The notes under the pieces were generated by a model. It was given only the letters and a program-made list of their open reading frames with translations, did not search any database and was not told the DNA's origin. From Chrysomallon squamiferum (taxonomy: Eukaryota; Animalia; Mollusca): a stretch of DNA of 64,000 nt. The DNA lies in contig CM022679.1 in assembly GCA_012295275.1 (NCBI GenBank), positions 22,382,001 through 22,446,000 of the forward strand, in the 5' to 3' direction. Shown in pieces: positions 42,558-54,645 of the stretch (positions within the stretch are counted from its first letter, which is position 1; each line of letters starts with the position of its first letter). A program made the translations under genes and the position numbers.

Positions 42558-45500
42558 CTAAATATCCATCTCAAACTGAGGCTGATCTTCAGGAGGCACT
42601 GGAATTTAAAAAAAAAATAAAAATAAAAAAAAATAAATGAAAACAAAATTAAAATGTTTTTAATCAAATCTAATACATTTCACACACACATACACACATA
42701 CACACTGACCATCTCCTATTTCCATTCCTATATATTCATTTCTGCCAGTTCTAAATCACACAATTACAAACAATAATTCATGTTTTTCACATATCACCTG
42801 ACATCTGCAAAGGCTGGAAAGTCTATTAAAGAACAGACACAAGCATCTTATCACCAAGAAATAATCTTGAATTATTCCTAGCTCTTGTTACTTAATTATT
42901 CATTCTTGACAACAACAAAAACAACAACAACAACCACAAAAAAACCCACCTATTTTTGTTTATGTACACATTTGACCTATTTCTGAAGATAACACAGAAA
43001 TAGACTGTTTTCTGTCAAATTAATATTTTCTAAATTGTGCAAACATAATTATTTAATAACAATCACATCCAGTACAGAGAAAATTTAAATAAAACCAAAA
43101 AGTATTCTGATTAACATTACTTACAAATTATTTCTCAGAATACAAGACAATCCAATAAACTCCTTTTCAGAAGTTATTTCTCATTGCATTCATTCAAGTT
43201 TAAAATAATATTTTAGGTCAACAAACTTCATGCAATTAAAACAATTATCATGGCAGGCAACAATGTGAATTTTATGTTTAACAAAGACACATGAATGTTA
43301 CATTACTCTCATCCAATTAATCTTTGTATTACGATTGTTCATCAGAACAAATTGATCAAAATATGCCTGCGAATGAATTATTGTCTTATGCTGAAATTAA
43401 TCTGAAACTATACACTACACTATACTACATTACAGTACATTATACAGAAAGGTCAGAGAGGCAGAGAGACAGAGAGAGAGAGAGAGAGAGATACTATGAC
43501 ACAGACAGAAAAAGGAGAGAGAGGGAGAGACAAACCATCAGAGAGATTTTCATGAAACCACAGTCGATACTAATCAAATATACTCAAAATGTTTCTGTAT
43601 TTACATAATTTTACGTAAATAAACATGATATACGCACCAGGTGCCTTTTCTTTTTCTTCAACAGTCTTCAAACCATTTTCCTTGGGTATTTCCACCTCTC
43701 CCATTGTAGTAACTCCTGGTATCTTCGCCATGTTTGTTGGAGGGCTTTTAGTCAGAGGTGACTTACGACATTTTAGTAAGAAGCTCCTTTCGTATACAAT
43801 TTTTGTTCCTGAAAATGAAATAACAAAACTATTTATTAGCACTGCTGTTATAGCAATAATAACAATAAGAAGAAGATAAAAAAAAAAATCATTTTTTTTA
43901 CACAATTTTGATTTTTAATATTTTGGGGTTTATCCATAATTAATGTATTTTAGACATATTGTCTTAAGCTTTTGTGTCTAAGTACTGTTATTTAAGTGTC
44001 AACAATACCCTGAAAAGTAACATTATTGCATTAAAGTAATATAAGTATTACAGTAGAATAGAGCACAATGGGATACATATAAACCAGGAGGTTTGAGGTA
44101 AAGTTTTGTAGTAGAAGAATAGTGACATAAGCAACCCACTATGTTTCAAATTAATTCTTCATTGGTAGAATTAACCCTAATCAACAGATCAAATAGGTTT
44201 AACAGAGCAGTGTAACTGTAAATACAGTTAAACAGTTTAAAACTAGAAAGAATTTAAAATAAATTATTTAAAATTATGTTAAATTAAATTCTTTTTATTT
44301 ATTATGAACTAGATGGTATTTTGAATATTAAGTTTTCTGTGTGAAAACAATGCACAACTTTGTATTTACTTTTGATAACATTATGCAGTGTGAGAAACAA
44401 TCAGCTGTTTTAGTAATCTAACGACAGGTCAAGTACTTGACAACAGTGTTCAGTGACTAACCTGTCAAAACAACTTGAACTACATCTGTGGTTAAAAAAC
44501 CCACACTGCTTCATGTAAACTTCAAGCAGAAGATACATGTGAACTCACAAATTAATCTGTTAAAACATTTCAGAATTAATAAACTGAATTATGTATTTTA
44601 ACCTTACCACAGAGCTACATAATCTGATCAGTGATATATAAAGGATTCCAACTAAATAACCCGAGAACAAAGTTTAATGAGCATTAAAATAATAATTTAA
44701 AAACTAAAATCAAGGACATACAAGATCATTCTGTTTGAAGAATGTAGCAACTTTATTTATTTGGGATTACAAATGATTACAGTGAAGCTTGGTTTTACAT
44801 AGGTACTTTGATTCTTTTGGTAATGGCTCCATTCTGGAGATATCAGAGGATGTCCTATTTATTTACCTAACTAACCCACTAAAAAATGACCTTGATGCCT
44901 AAACAAGATACTCGTATTAGAATGGACATTTAAGCTGTTATCAAAATGACTGACGTCAGCATCAGTTATCCTTAGTTCACCCAAAATGACCTGACTATAG
45001 CTCTGTGGTCAGGATGCTGCTGGGATGAAAAATAGGCTGCAGAATCAGGGTCCTGTCCCACCCAGACCTCCATGCTTGACATCTTGTATTTTTTAATTTT
45101 TTATCTCCTGAGACAAGATCCATATATCTTACTGTAACTCACAGCAGTAACATACTTAGAGTGTAAACAGTGAGTTTTTTAAAACACACTTTGTTACCAA
45201 ATAAATGACTGATAGTTAATGACATTTAGCTGAAAAATGGGGATGTATTAAAATCAAATAACTGTAACCAAAAATCAAATCAAACAGTTGTATATTTCTA
45301 CATTGTTTACTCTTTGCATACAATCAGATCTCTGATAATTATTTTCTTAACTGAGCTGTAGCCCATTTCATGCTGTCACCTGTTATATTTAAAAATCGCC
45401 AGACACCACTAGCAGATTTAAAAGTACAAACAACAAAGACAAACGTGTATTTCAGTAACATAAACGTCCATGTTACATAATCTGCAAATCCGTAAACAGA

Positions 45501-45911
45501 ATACAAAACTGGGACATAACTGTTATCCATTATGTAAATCGTCTAGTAAGGTTGATCAATTAAACTAAAAATTAGCAAATGTTGTAGAATGTTGCCAAAC
45601 AAAGTCACATGGCCACATCGACGCCATATTGAAAACAAATTGGACTTTGAAAACAAATCGTACGGAAAAGGCAGATAACAAAAGATAAATTTATGACACA
45701 CTTGCTGTCAAACACACGATCTGAAATTACTTTATTATGAACATAAAGACTGATTTTATTATTTATTTTTACCTCCTGGAGTTGTAGAGAAAAGTGTTCC
45801 TCCCGGAGTAGTGCAGTAATCACCAGGGAGCTGGGACAAATCGTTCACTAAAACCCGTCTTGTTGGAATTTCTCGGACCCGAGAAGCCGATGTTGCATCC
45901 TGAACTGACAT
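42558..45911 (-). CDS. EIF4EBP: Eukaryotic translation initiation factor 4E-binding protein (4E-BP/Thor), 116 aa
   Basis: Exons 45911-45773 ([38 protein letters not shown]), 43808-43638 ([24 protein letters not shown]; eIF4E-binding YXXXXL-phi motif), 42598-42558 ([16 protein letters not shown] motif). RAIP-like REIP motif and TP/SP phosphosites are conserved. Confidence 0.97.
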
Positions 45912-46454
45912 CTTGAGCAGATTTTCCAGCAATCTGTTCTTTTTAAAAAAAATTCCAAAATGTCAATTTTTACTGCATAAATACCCGTCTGTTTACAACG
46001 TACGGACACACACTCGCACTCTTACTCTCTCTGATCACAACAACAACAACACAGGAAGGTCACATGCTCAGCTGATCTCGTTCTCAAAGCTTATTAATAT
46101 TCACGGATATAGCTGTTTTCGTGGCCTTGCTGCACCAAATGGGGTTAAGTTTTGGGTTATTCGGCTAGCTTTGATTATCAGAAAGCAGGATAAAGCTGGG
46201 TACTTGTTACTGTATTATTTTTTTCTTTTGTTTATAAGGTACATATGCATACACTGGTATAATTAATGCTTAGGGAAAATAACATGACACAACAACAAGG
46301 GAAATAACTGATATATGTATTAAGGAAGATGTTAGGGCAAGTATAAATGATAAGATTAAAAAAAAAATAATAATAATAAAAATAAAAATAAATAAAATAA
46401 AAATAAAAAAACCAGGTCAAAACAGTATATGTGACAGCAAATGACTGTCACGTG
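44951..46454. promoter_or_regulatory. Cluster of FoxO-type, CRE and E-box motifs around the 4E-BP start
   Basis: GTAAACA/TGTTTAC at 45163, 45304, 45492, 45990; TGACGTCA at 44951; GTCACATG at 45604 and 46059; GTCACGTG at 46447. Confidence 0.5.
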
Positions 46455-47056
46455 CGTCATTATTTTATACAGCTTTTTTCATTTAGATAAGCAGTAAAAT
46501 TACCAGGTTACTTCGTAGAAGATTAGTTTGAAATGTTTTCAGCGTTACACAAACATAAAATAAAAATGGCAAATACATGCACTAGAATGCATGAGTAATC
46601 AACATCTTCAAGGGAAGATCCGTTATTTCAGAAAGTGGGGAACCGACAAATTGCATTTACTTTATTTATTTATTTATTTATTTATTCTTGATTAGAGTTA
46701 TTTTTATTATTTTCATTATTAAACGTGCCAACGAGAATATGTGTGTCTGTGCGTGCAGATGTGTTTCTCGATCAATACTGCAGAGTCAGGAGTCGTAACT
46801 TTTTTGTTGTTGTTGTTGTTGTTATTTTTTAACTTATTACATGATTATATCAAGAAAGTGCATGCATACTGATACTGTGAATTAATTTGTGTTTTTTTTC
46901 TTCAGTTTAACACAGATTAATAAAGTATTAATAAATAAATCAGCCATTTTTCTCATTTTGACTAGCAGACCTTACTCTTTCACTAAAACATCTGACGATA
47001 ATTAAAATTCTGTACATTATGTTTTCTTAAAAAGACATGGACCAAGCATATCTATT

Positions 47057-47096
<40 letters not shown>

Positions 47097-47757
47097 AAAT
47101 AACCCCCCGAAAACAGGAAAAACAAAAGAACGAACGAATCTTTAAGCACTACGTTTAATTCGATTTGTAGTTAACAAAAACAAATACTGCTTGAACCAGT
47201 GGCATGCAGGGGGGGAGCGAAGGGGGTGTGCCACCGGTCATCCAAATGGTCGATTCATGTTTAAATCGAATATAGTGTTTATGTTATGTTTCATCTGTGT
47301 TTACATATTCAAAATATCTTCCTTTCTCACAATATTTCTCAGTACTTGAATCTTTGGGGGATACAATCAAGGAACTGGACCCGGGCATCACCAGACCTCT
47401 GCACGCATACTGGTTTAAACCAACTGAATTTTATGATTGCATGCTTTAAAAACTGTTTAAACGTACAGACCCACATAACTACGGATAGTGTTTTGTGGGT
47501 TTGCGAATATTTTGAGGTGGTGGAGTATTTTGAGTCTGCTACACCGTTTTTAAATTTTTCTTGCGAATAATAATTATATTTACGGAAAAGGCAAAATGAC
47601 TACATAGACTGAATCGCTCCTTGGATAACATGAAATATTTTACTCCAAAACTCCTATTTTATGACAAATCTTGAAAAAGAAAGAAAAAGGTACAGCAATA
47701 AATTTTCAAAGCTAGTTAAAATTTTCTAAACCCATAGGCTACATTTTCTGTAAGGCT

Positions 47758-48007
47758 CAGTGGCGGACCTTCTTTTTTGTGGCCTTGAACCTTCGACAAT
47801 TATCGAGGTCTTTCGCAAGAAGCAACGAGTTCTGGGTAACTAATCTTATCTTCTTCTGTGTTAACGTTCGATAAAATATTATAAAAATTGAGGCACGTCT
47901 TAAATTTTCACTAAAATTTTGAAGCAATTTGGACTAAAGTCACTTCTGGAGCTCCTCTTGGGTTAGGGTCTCAGAAGCTTAAGCTTCATTAGTTTCATCC
48001 ACTCCTG
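47758..48007. mobile_element. Non-autonomous hAT-type MITE with a MER53-like terminus
   Basis: Ends CAGTGGCGGA / TCCACTCCTG (imperfect TIRs); 8-bp TSD gtaaggct/gtgaggct (7/8); subterminal gaagcttaagcttcattagtttca resembles the MER53 end as I recall it. Confidence 0.7.
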
Positions 48008-48069
48008 GTGAGGCTCCAAGTACAGCAACAACAGCGACAGCAATAAATAAAGACATAAACAAAGACATA

Positions 48070-48101
<32 letters not shown>

Positions 48102-48293
48102 AGGAAGGAAGGAAAAATGGGAAAGAAAATTATTTTTATAAGTCTAACAGAATTAAAATTACACTTTTCTTTCCTTTTCGCTTCTTTCTTTTTTTATTTT
48201 GCACTGTGGATCGATATGCATTATTCATAGGATTTGTGAGTCAGTTTGTAATTACTCATTCTGCAGTGTGACAAACATAAATTCATTCTTTAT

Positions 48294-48444
48294 AAGTGGC
48301 GTAGCCAAAATATGGCAAGTATGGAACCTGCCCTGGGCGGCAATTGAACGGTGGGGGGGGATAAGCCTCCCAGCGTACGATGTTTCGACAGAGGCGCAAT
48401 TTCGGTGTTAGCCACAGGCGCTACATTCCGTAGATACGCCCCTG
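48294..48444. mobile_element. Small hAT-type MITE
   Basis: Ends aAGTGGCGTAGC / GATACGCCCCTG (imperfect TIRs); flanking 8-mers ttctttat/ttctttgc (6/8). Confidence 0.6.
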
Positions 48445-48645
48445 TTCTTTGCCCACCTGTTACAATGACAATAACAGTAATAATACATTCACATGATTCA
48501 CACTTAAAGGCGTGTTCGTGAATTTGATCTGTTGTGTTTTTATCTCCCTTTCTTACCCCTGCCAAACATACCAAATAAACGAATAACGGATTATGAGTGG
48601 ATCCACTGGGTTTCTCCAATTCGTACTGCCGAATGCTACTGAAGA

Positions 48646-48800
48646 TTATATTATATAATATTATATTATATTATATTATAATATATTATATCATACTAAA
48701 CTATACTATTCTATATTATATTATATTATATTATATTATATTATATTATATTATATTATATTATATTATATTATAATTATATTGCATTATATTACATTAT
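48646..48800. repeat. (TATTA)n microsatellite
   Basis: Long pentanucleotide run. Confidence 0.9.
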
Positions 48801-49777
48801 ATAATATATACATATATGTGATACTGCATTATGTTAGGTTATGCTATATTATATTATTTATTAGTGTTGTTGTTATTGTCATTGTTATTGTTATTTTTTT
48901 TTGTGTTGTTCTTGCTGTTCTTATTGTTCTTTGTTTTTATATTAAGCTTTCCAGCTAAATGAAGATCGCAGTTACTGGAAATCATATTAATTAATTAATT
49001 AATTAATTAACCCATTAAATACTTAATATATTATTTCTATCTTTAAAATGTTATTATAAAGTTTTATTAAACTGATTTGGTTAAAATTACACTCTGTAAA
49101 AGTGAACTTCATCGTTTAAAAAAAAAAAAAAAAAAACCGTAAAAAAAAATAAGTAATGATAATGATTTATTAATGTATTTATGAATTTGTTTATGTATTT
49201 ATTACAATGAAGTTATCTGGAAGTGGTGAATTTTCTGCTGGAGTTTGGCACGTTCATGGTGTTATAAATACCAAGACACTCGCTATGAACTGCTTACTAC
49301 GCGGGTGAATCTATGCGTAAAGCGGTCCTGTTGTTTCAAAGTGGCACGACTGTCAAAAATTATCCAAGTCGACCGTTATGTCGTATGTGTTAATTCTCGT
49401 ACTGAGTTCAGGTTATTGACGAAGCACGTGTCAGAAAGTGGATACCACTGTGCGTAAATTTCTCATTATCACCATGGATACGTGACGTTTTTGTTCTGAT
49501 GTATTTTTTTTGCAAATCGATCGTATAAAAATAAATTATCAATTTTTAACGTACTAGCAAAATCTTATTTTTCATAACGTGTTCTTAATGTTGGTGATGA
49601 TGATGAAGATGATGATGATGATGATGGTGATGATACAGTAACAGGGAAGGTCATGTTATAATGAAATAACGGTTACCATTACGACGGCGATTATAACGAA
49701 TCAGTATGCATCTTTATCATCACCATCATCATCATCATCATCATATTATTATTATTATTATTATTATTATTACACCA

Positions 49778-49895
49778 CAACCTTGCGCCTTGTTACACGC
49801 CCCACCTTGCGCCCTGTTACACCTCAACCCTACGTCTGTTACACCGTAACCCTATCCCTGTTACAACGTAACCCTATCCCTGTTACACATCAACT
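49778..49895. repeat. ~22-bp minisatellite (aaccctatccctgttacac-like), about 5 copies
   Basis: ctgttaca/ttgttaca core recurs every 22-24 bp. Confidence 0.75.
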
Positions 49896-50388
49896 GAATT
49901 CCCGTTTCACCTCCACTCTGGAACCTGACGTAGATCTTTCAGCCTGCAACCCGTTTTTTCTTAAAACTGAGAGTAATTTTAAATTTATAATTTTTCTGAA
50001 ATATTGCTCCTTCGCAGAAGCTAGTATGACGCTATATTATTAAGTCAATCGTGCGCGTTAATTATTCTTTTCTTTTTCACATAATGACCTGGCTGGGAAT
50101 AGAAGCTAAATAATTAGCAAACAGTAATTTTATCCCAGCTATTTCTCGGAAGAACAAAGACTGCCAAGGATAGAAACAATGGCCAAATACGTAGTTTGCT
50201 GTTTATTGCATCCTTATATAAGAGCCGCCCATGGTTATAGTTAATCTTCATTATGGTTTTAGCATAGCTCTAACAGTTGTTCATGACATTGGCTGTGTTT
50301 CAGAATAGCTTACTTGGTATGTTAGAAACTGTTTCTTTTCTTTTTCATATTTTTAAAATTATTATTATTATTATTATTATTATTATTG

Positions 50389-50427
<39 letters not shown>

Positions 50428-51659
50428 TTTCTTTAATCAATTTGACGTTCAGCATATTATTGAAGACACTGATGTATGCTTGATAGTGTGTCTACAGCCT
50501 GCTGTTAGAGTGAAATATGAATAGTTGACTTGAAAAAGCTTTCTTCAGTTTATATATCTTCATAGGGTTCATATTGCAGTCATCGATCAAAGATTAAATG
50601 TATTAGTGATACTGCCAAGCTTAATGACTTCGAAAAAGCACATGCCATCTGATCTATAATATAACAGGCGTGATGGAAGAGTATTAAAGAAAAAAAAAAG
50701 AACAAAAAAAGACACGGGCAAATGATAAAATAAAGAAGACACTGGAATATTAGTTTATTGTGTTAAAAGACAAAGATTTTACTATCTGTTAGTCGCCGCT
50801 TTTGAAAACAGAAAAATGATTTGTATGGGTGACGTCTAACAGATGATGAGCTGATTTTTAAATGACTTCTTCGGTATGATGGACTGAGAAAAAAAAAACC
50901 CGGTACTAATGTTTATATGAGTAGTCTGGCAAGTGAATCGCGGAGAAACTGCTGATGTTGAAATGTCACATCTCGAACAAAATGATTCTGACATTTATAC
51001 GTAACGTCTAACAGGTAACCAGCTGCGAAACAGTACTGATTTTTAAAAGTCACATGATCGGCTGAGAGAGTGTTCTGATGTTTATATGAAGGGCTGGAAT
51101 ATGATAAGCTGTGACATTGTGCTGATTTTTTTTTTTACTTGCAACGGCTATGGGATGAAGGACTGAGAAACATTTCTTATGTTTAAATGTCTGGTAGAGA
51201 TGATAATCGGCTGAGAATGTTGAGAAATTTAATAACTTTAATTTGTTGTTTAATATTGTTCACAGAACGATCGTTAATGTGTTGTTTATAATTGTTCACA
51301 GAACGATCGATTGTTTATGTCCAAGGACGGATAATTACTGAGCACCGCGGTATACATACAGTTGAAATTCACGAGCTGACGCTGGGAATATTTCAAAACG
51401 ATGGCGGCACGTGAGACGAATTCAGGATTAGTAGAACCATCCAAAGTATTTCAATGGTTCTAAGGATATTTTGTAGTCACTGAGACCTTTAATTTAACAA
51501 TCTGAAATTTTTATTTTCTTTAGCCTGCTACTGCTACTAGTACCACTACTAATTCTATCAGTAATAATGAACTATTGATTTTATTTATTTAGAGAAAAAA
51601 CCAAAAAAAAAAAAAAAACATAAAAAATATATATAAAAGTGGATTCGTTTTAGTTTTTA

Positions 51660-52646
51660 TTGTTTGAAAATTGTTACGGAATTCTTCCTAACATAATGCT
51701 ACTGGAATCAGATCTTGCTGTTAAATGTTCCTGTTCTTTACCTTTTGCGCTTTCGTTTGGCGCAGTTAACGCATGGGGCATAATAAGCAACATTCTAATT
51801 CTCGTCATTCTGATCAGATCAGGGATGATAAAAGAGAACATCGGCACGATGTTGGCCAACGAGGCCGTGTGCGACACCCTTATTAACATCGCCGGCAGCG
51901 CCATGGTCGTGGCCAATGTATTCCAGAGACGAATTGCCGTCATAGGAGTTCCAATTATTGTGTCGTTGAGCTGCGTCCGAGTCTACTGTTTGCTGGGAAT
52001 TAGTTTCTCTCTTTACATGGCCATATGCCACTGTCTGAAGTACAGGATTCACCTTAGTTTTAATAGGATAGTTACTTACTCTGTCCTCGTGTGGATTCTT
52101 GTTCCAGCCATTCTTCTTGTCATTTACTTGGAAGGGACGTTCTATGACAGGGATGAACCGGACGGATACCTTCAGATTCATTACACGCTTTCAAACTTCT
52201 GGGTTGGAATTTTTATCGTTTTCAACGGAGCATTTCTGCCTTTCACCGGAATCATTATTTGCGCTTACAAAACTCTAAGCTACCAGAAACGAGCTGTTTA
52301 TCCAGGGATATGCAACAGCTATGGAAGCGCGATGAAAATTAGGCTGGCCAAAATGTCAATGCTGGTTTCCATCACTCACGTTCTGTCACAAATCCCAAGT
52401 CATCTAGTTTCAGGCTTGCACGTGACGTCACCTGTCGTTGTGAGTTTTGCGTATATGTTATTGTTTCTGTACCCGTCTGGTAAGTTCTTTATTCACATGT
52501 ACATGTTAAAAAATTTCAGGAAAACTTTGAAATCATTATGTGGTTGTCGCCGCAGACATACCCAAGACCTCATTACTGCAACAACGAGCCAGTGTTTCCT
52601 GGTCAGACAGAGAGATGTATCAGATAAACAAAAAAGTAGTTCATAA
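51660..52646 (+). CDS. Orphan rhodopsin-like (class A) GPCR, highly divergent; 7TM region in one exon
   Basis: 328-codon ORF (first ATG 51696) with seven hydrophobic segments: TM1 GIISNILIL, TM2 LANEAVCD, TM3 end ISFSLYMAICHCLKY (DRY position), TM4 W, TM5 FLPFTGIIICAY, TM6 LSQIP, TM7 then helix-8 NFRKTLKSLCGC. Confidence 0.85.
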   Translation: MFENCYGILPNIMLLESDLAVKCSCSLPFALSFGAVNAWGIISNILILVILIRSGMIKENIGTMLANEAVCDTLINIAGSAMVVANVFQRRIAVIGVPIIVSLSCVRVYCLLGISFSLYMAICHCLKYRIHLSFNRIVTYSVLVWILVPAILLVIYLEGTFYDRDEPDGYLQIHYTLSNFWVGIFIVFNGAFLPFTGIIICAYKTLSYQKRAVYPGICNSYGSAMKIRLAKMSMLVSITHVLSQIPSHLVSGLHVTSPVVVSFAYMLLFLYPSGKFFIHMYMLKNFRKTLKSLCGCRRRHTQDLITATTSQCFLVRQRDVSDKQKSSS

Positions 52647-52774
52647 TAATACACAAATAAGAAAAAACAAAAAAGCGCAGTAACTATAAATTGATGACTC
52701 GGATTTGAGTACAAGATTAATTCCATGTATAAAGAAATTTAATATATGCATCCGTGTTTCTGTGATTATTATTG

Positions 52775-53210
52775 TTATTAATACTGCTGTTGCTACTGCT
52801 ATTGCTTTTGTTGCTATCACCACTGCTACTACTAATATTACTGCTGCTATCACTACAGTTACAAATAACTATAACTATTGTACTGCAACTACTACTGCTA
52901 TCGTTAAGATTACTTCCACAAATCTGTTTTTATTACTACTACTACTACTATTACTATTATTGCTACTGCTACTACTACTACTACTACTATTACTACTACT
53001 ACTACTACTACTACTACGTCTCCTGCTCATTTTGCTGCTGCTCCTCCTACGACTAAAATTACTGCTTATCTTTCTCCTACGACTACTATCAGTGTTACGT
53101 CTATCCGATTACACTATTACTATTACATCAATAACAACAACAACTCCTGCCCTTACTACTATCACCACCACTGCTAAAATATTACTACTACTGTTACTAC
53201 AAATACTGCT
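52775..53210. repeat. (ACT/ATT/GCT)n trinucleotide low-complexity region
   Basis: Runs of tactactac and related triplets producing spurious poly-Leu/Tyr/Thr ORFs. Confidence 0.9.
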
Positions 53211-53810
53211 CCGAAATTTATACGTGAAGAACATTAATATTACATGCTTTAGAATCAGCATATTCAAAAAAAAAAAAAAAAAAAAAATAAAATAAAATAA
53301 AATAATAATACAAAAAAAAAATAATAATAATAATAAAAACAAAAATACAAATATTATTATTTTATTTTTAACTTTAAATTTAATTTCATTTAAATTTTTC
53401 ATTTTTGTTTTTAATAAGTCTCATTAGTCTTAAATAAGCTCATCAACTATGTGTGTGTGTGTGTGTGTGTGTGGTTCATTTATGTTATAGTACTGGACAA
53501 TTTTACCATTAAAATGAAATGGTTTTCCAGCTTTAGTAATGAAACCGAGTCAAGAAATCTTCTAATAGGTTTGTCCAAGGTCTTTTAATTTTGGTTAATT
53601 TTTATTATCATACTGAATAAAAGGTTATTCAGCATCATTGTTATAAAATATAACTTCAAAGACAAATCCTCATTTAACATTTCCAGGATATTTAACCATA
53701 AAACAAGCATTTTCATCTACATTTTTCTAATTGTAATGATATAAAACACATTAAATTTCTTAGCTTTAAAAAAATAATAAAATAAATAAATAAATGAATG
53801 AATGAATGAA

Positions 53811-53853
<43 letters not shown>

Positions 53854-53944
53854 ATGATGATAATAATAATAATAATAAAATAATTAATACAACTGCTCTT
53901 TAAACTTTTTTCAGTTTGTTTCACAGTAGATATGAAAAAAAGAA

Positions 53945-53976
<32 letters not shown>

Positions 53977-54184
53977 AAACAATGATTAAAAACAAATTAT
54001 TTTAAAAAATGTGGACGAAAAACAGAAAATCGAAGTAAACAAAAGATCAGCTATAAGAACACAATAAAAACAAGTTGTAGTAGATTTAGTAAATTTATTA
54101 CTTAATTTAACAAAGTAACAACAAAAATAATGTCAGGTTTTTCTCTTTCGTGACCGGTCGTTATCAGAATCATCAGTTATCCGT

Positions 54185-54645
54185 TTATCGTCCGTAGAAT
54201 GGGCTACCGCCCATCATTGCCTCTGGAGCGTGCATTGGACCACGTGCACGTGCTGAAAAAAAACAACAGAATAATATGAATATATTAAATCAGTAACTAG
54301 TGAATAACGTATATATAAAACACATGTATTAGATATATAAACATATCAACAGTTAATGACTTATCAAATTCATATGATTGTATATGTTAGTGCGTAACTG
54401 TTTAAATATTTGTGTGTGTGTGTTTGTGTGTGTGTGTGTATGTATGTACGTACGTGTGTGTGTATGTATGTATGTATGTATGTATGTATGTATGTATGTA
54501 TGTATGTATGTCACAAAACAAGGAAAAATAGAAATCCTAGTGTTGGGCTCTTACCGTAATCAAAAATGTCTCCGAAGAAAAACAGGGCAGATCCCATGGA
54601 TACTAAAGTACACAGAAGAGTGAGGGCGAAGACAAAGTTCAACAT
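54185..54645 (-). CDS. Small secreted peptide precursor, copy A (52 aa): MLNFVFALTLLCTLVSMGSA-LFFFGDIFDYARARGPMHAPEAMMGGSPFYGR*
   Basis: Coding exons 54645-54555 (tttcag acceptor upstream, G|gtaag donor) and 54252-54185 (ttttcag acceptor); hydrophobic signal peptide; non-coding exon 1 about 55123-55096; AATAAA on minus at 54099-54094; near-identical paralogue B. Confidence 0.85.

Noticed and set aside
49778-49895. Regularly spaced short repeats that might suggest a CRISPR-like array
   Set aside because: Eukaryotic context, no unique spacers; a simple minisatellite
52705-53295. 196-aa ORF with poly-Leu/Thr
   Set aside because: Trinucleotide low-complexity DNA
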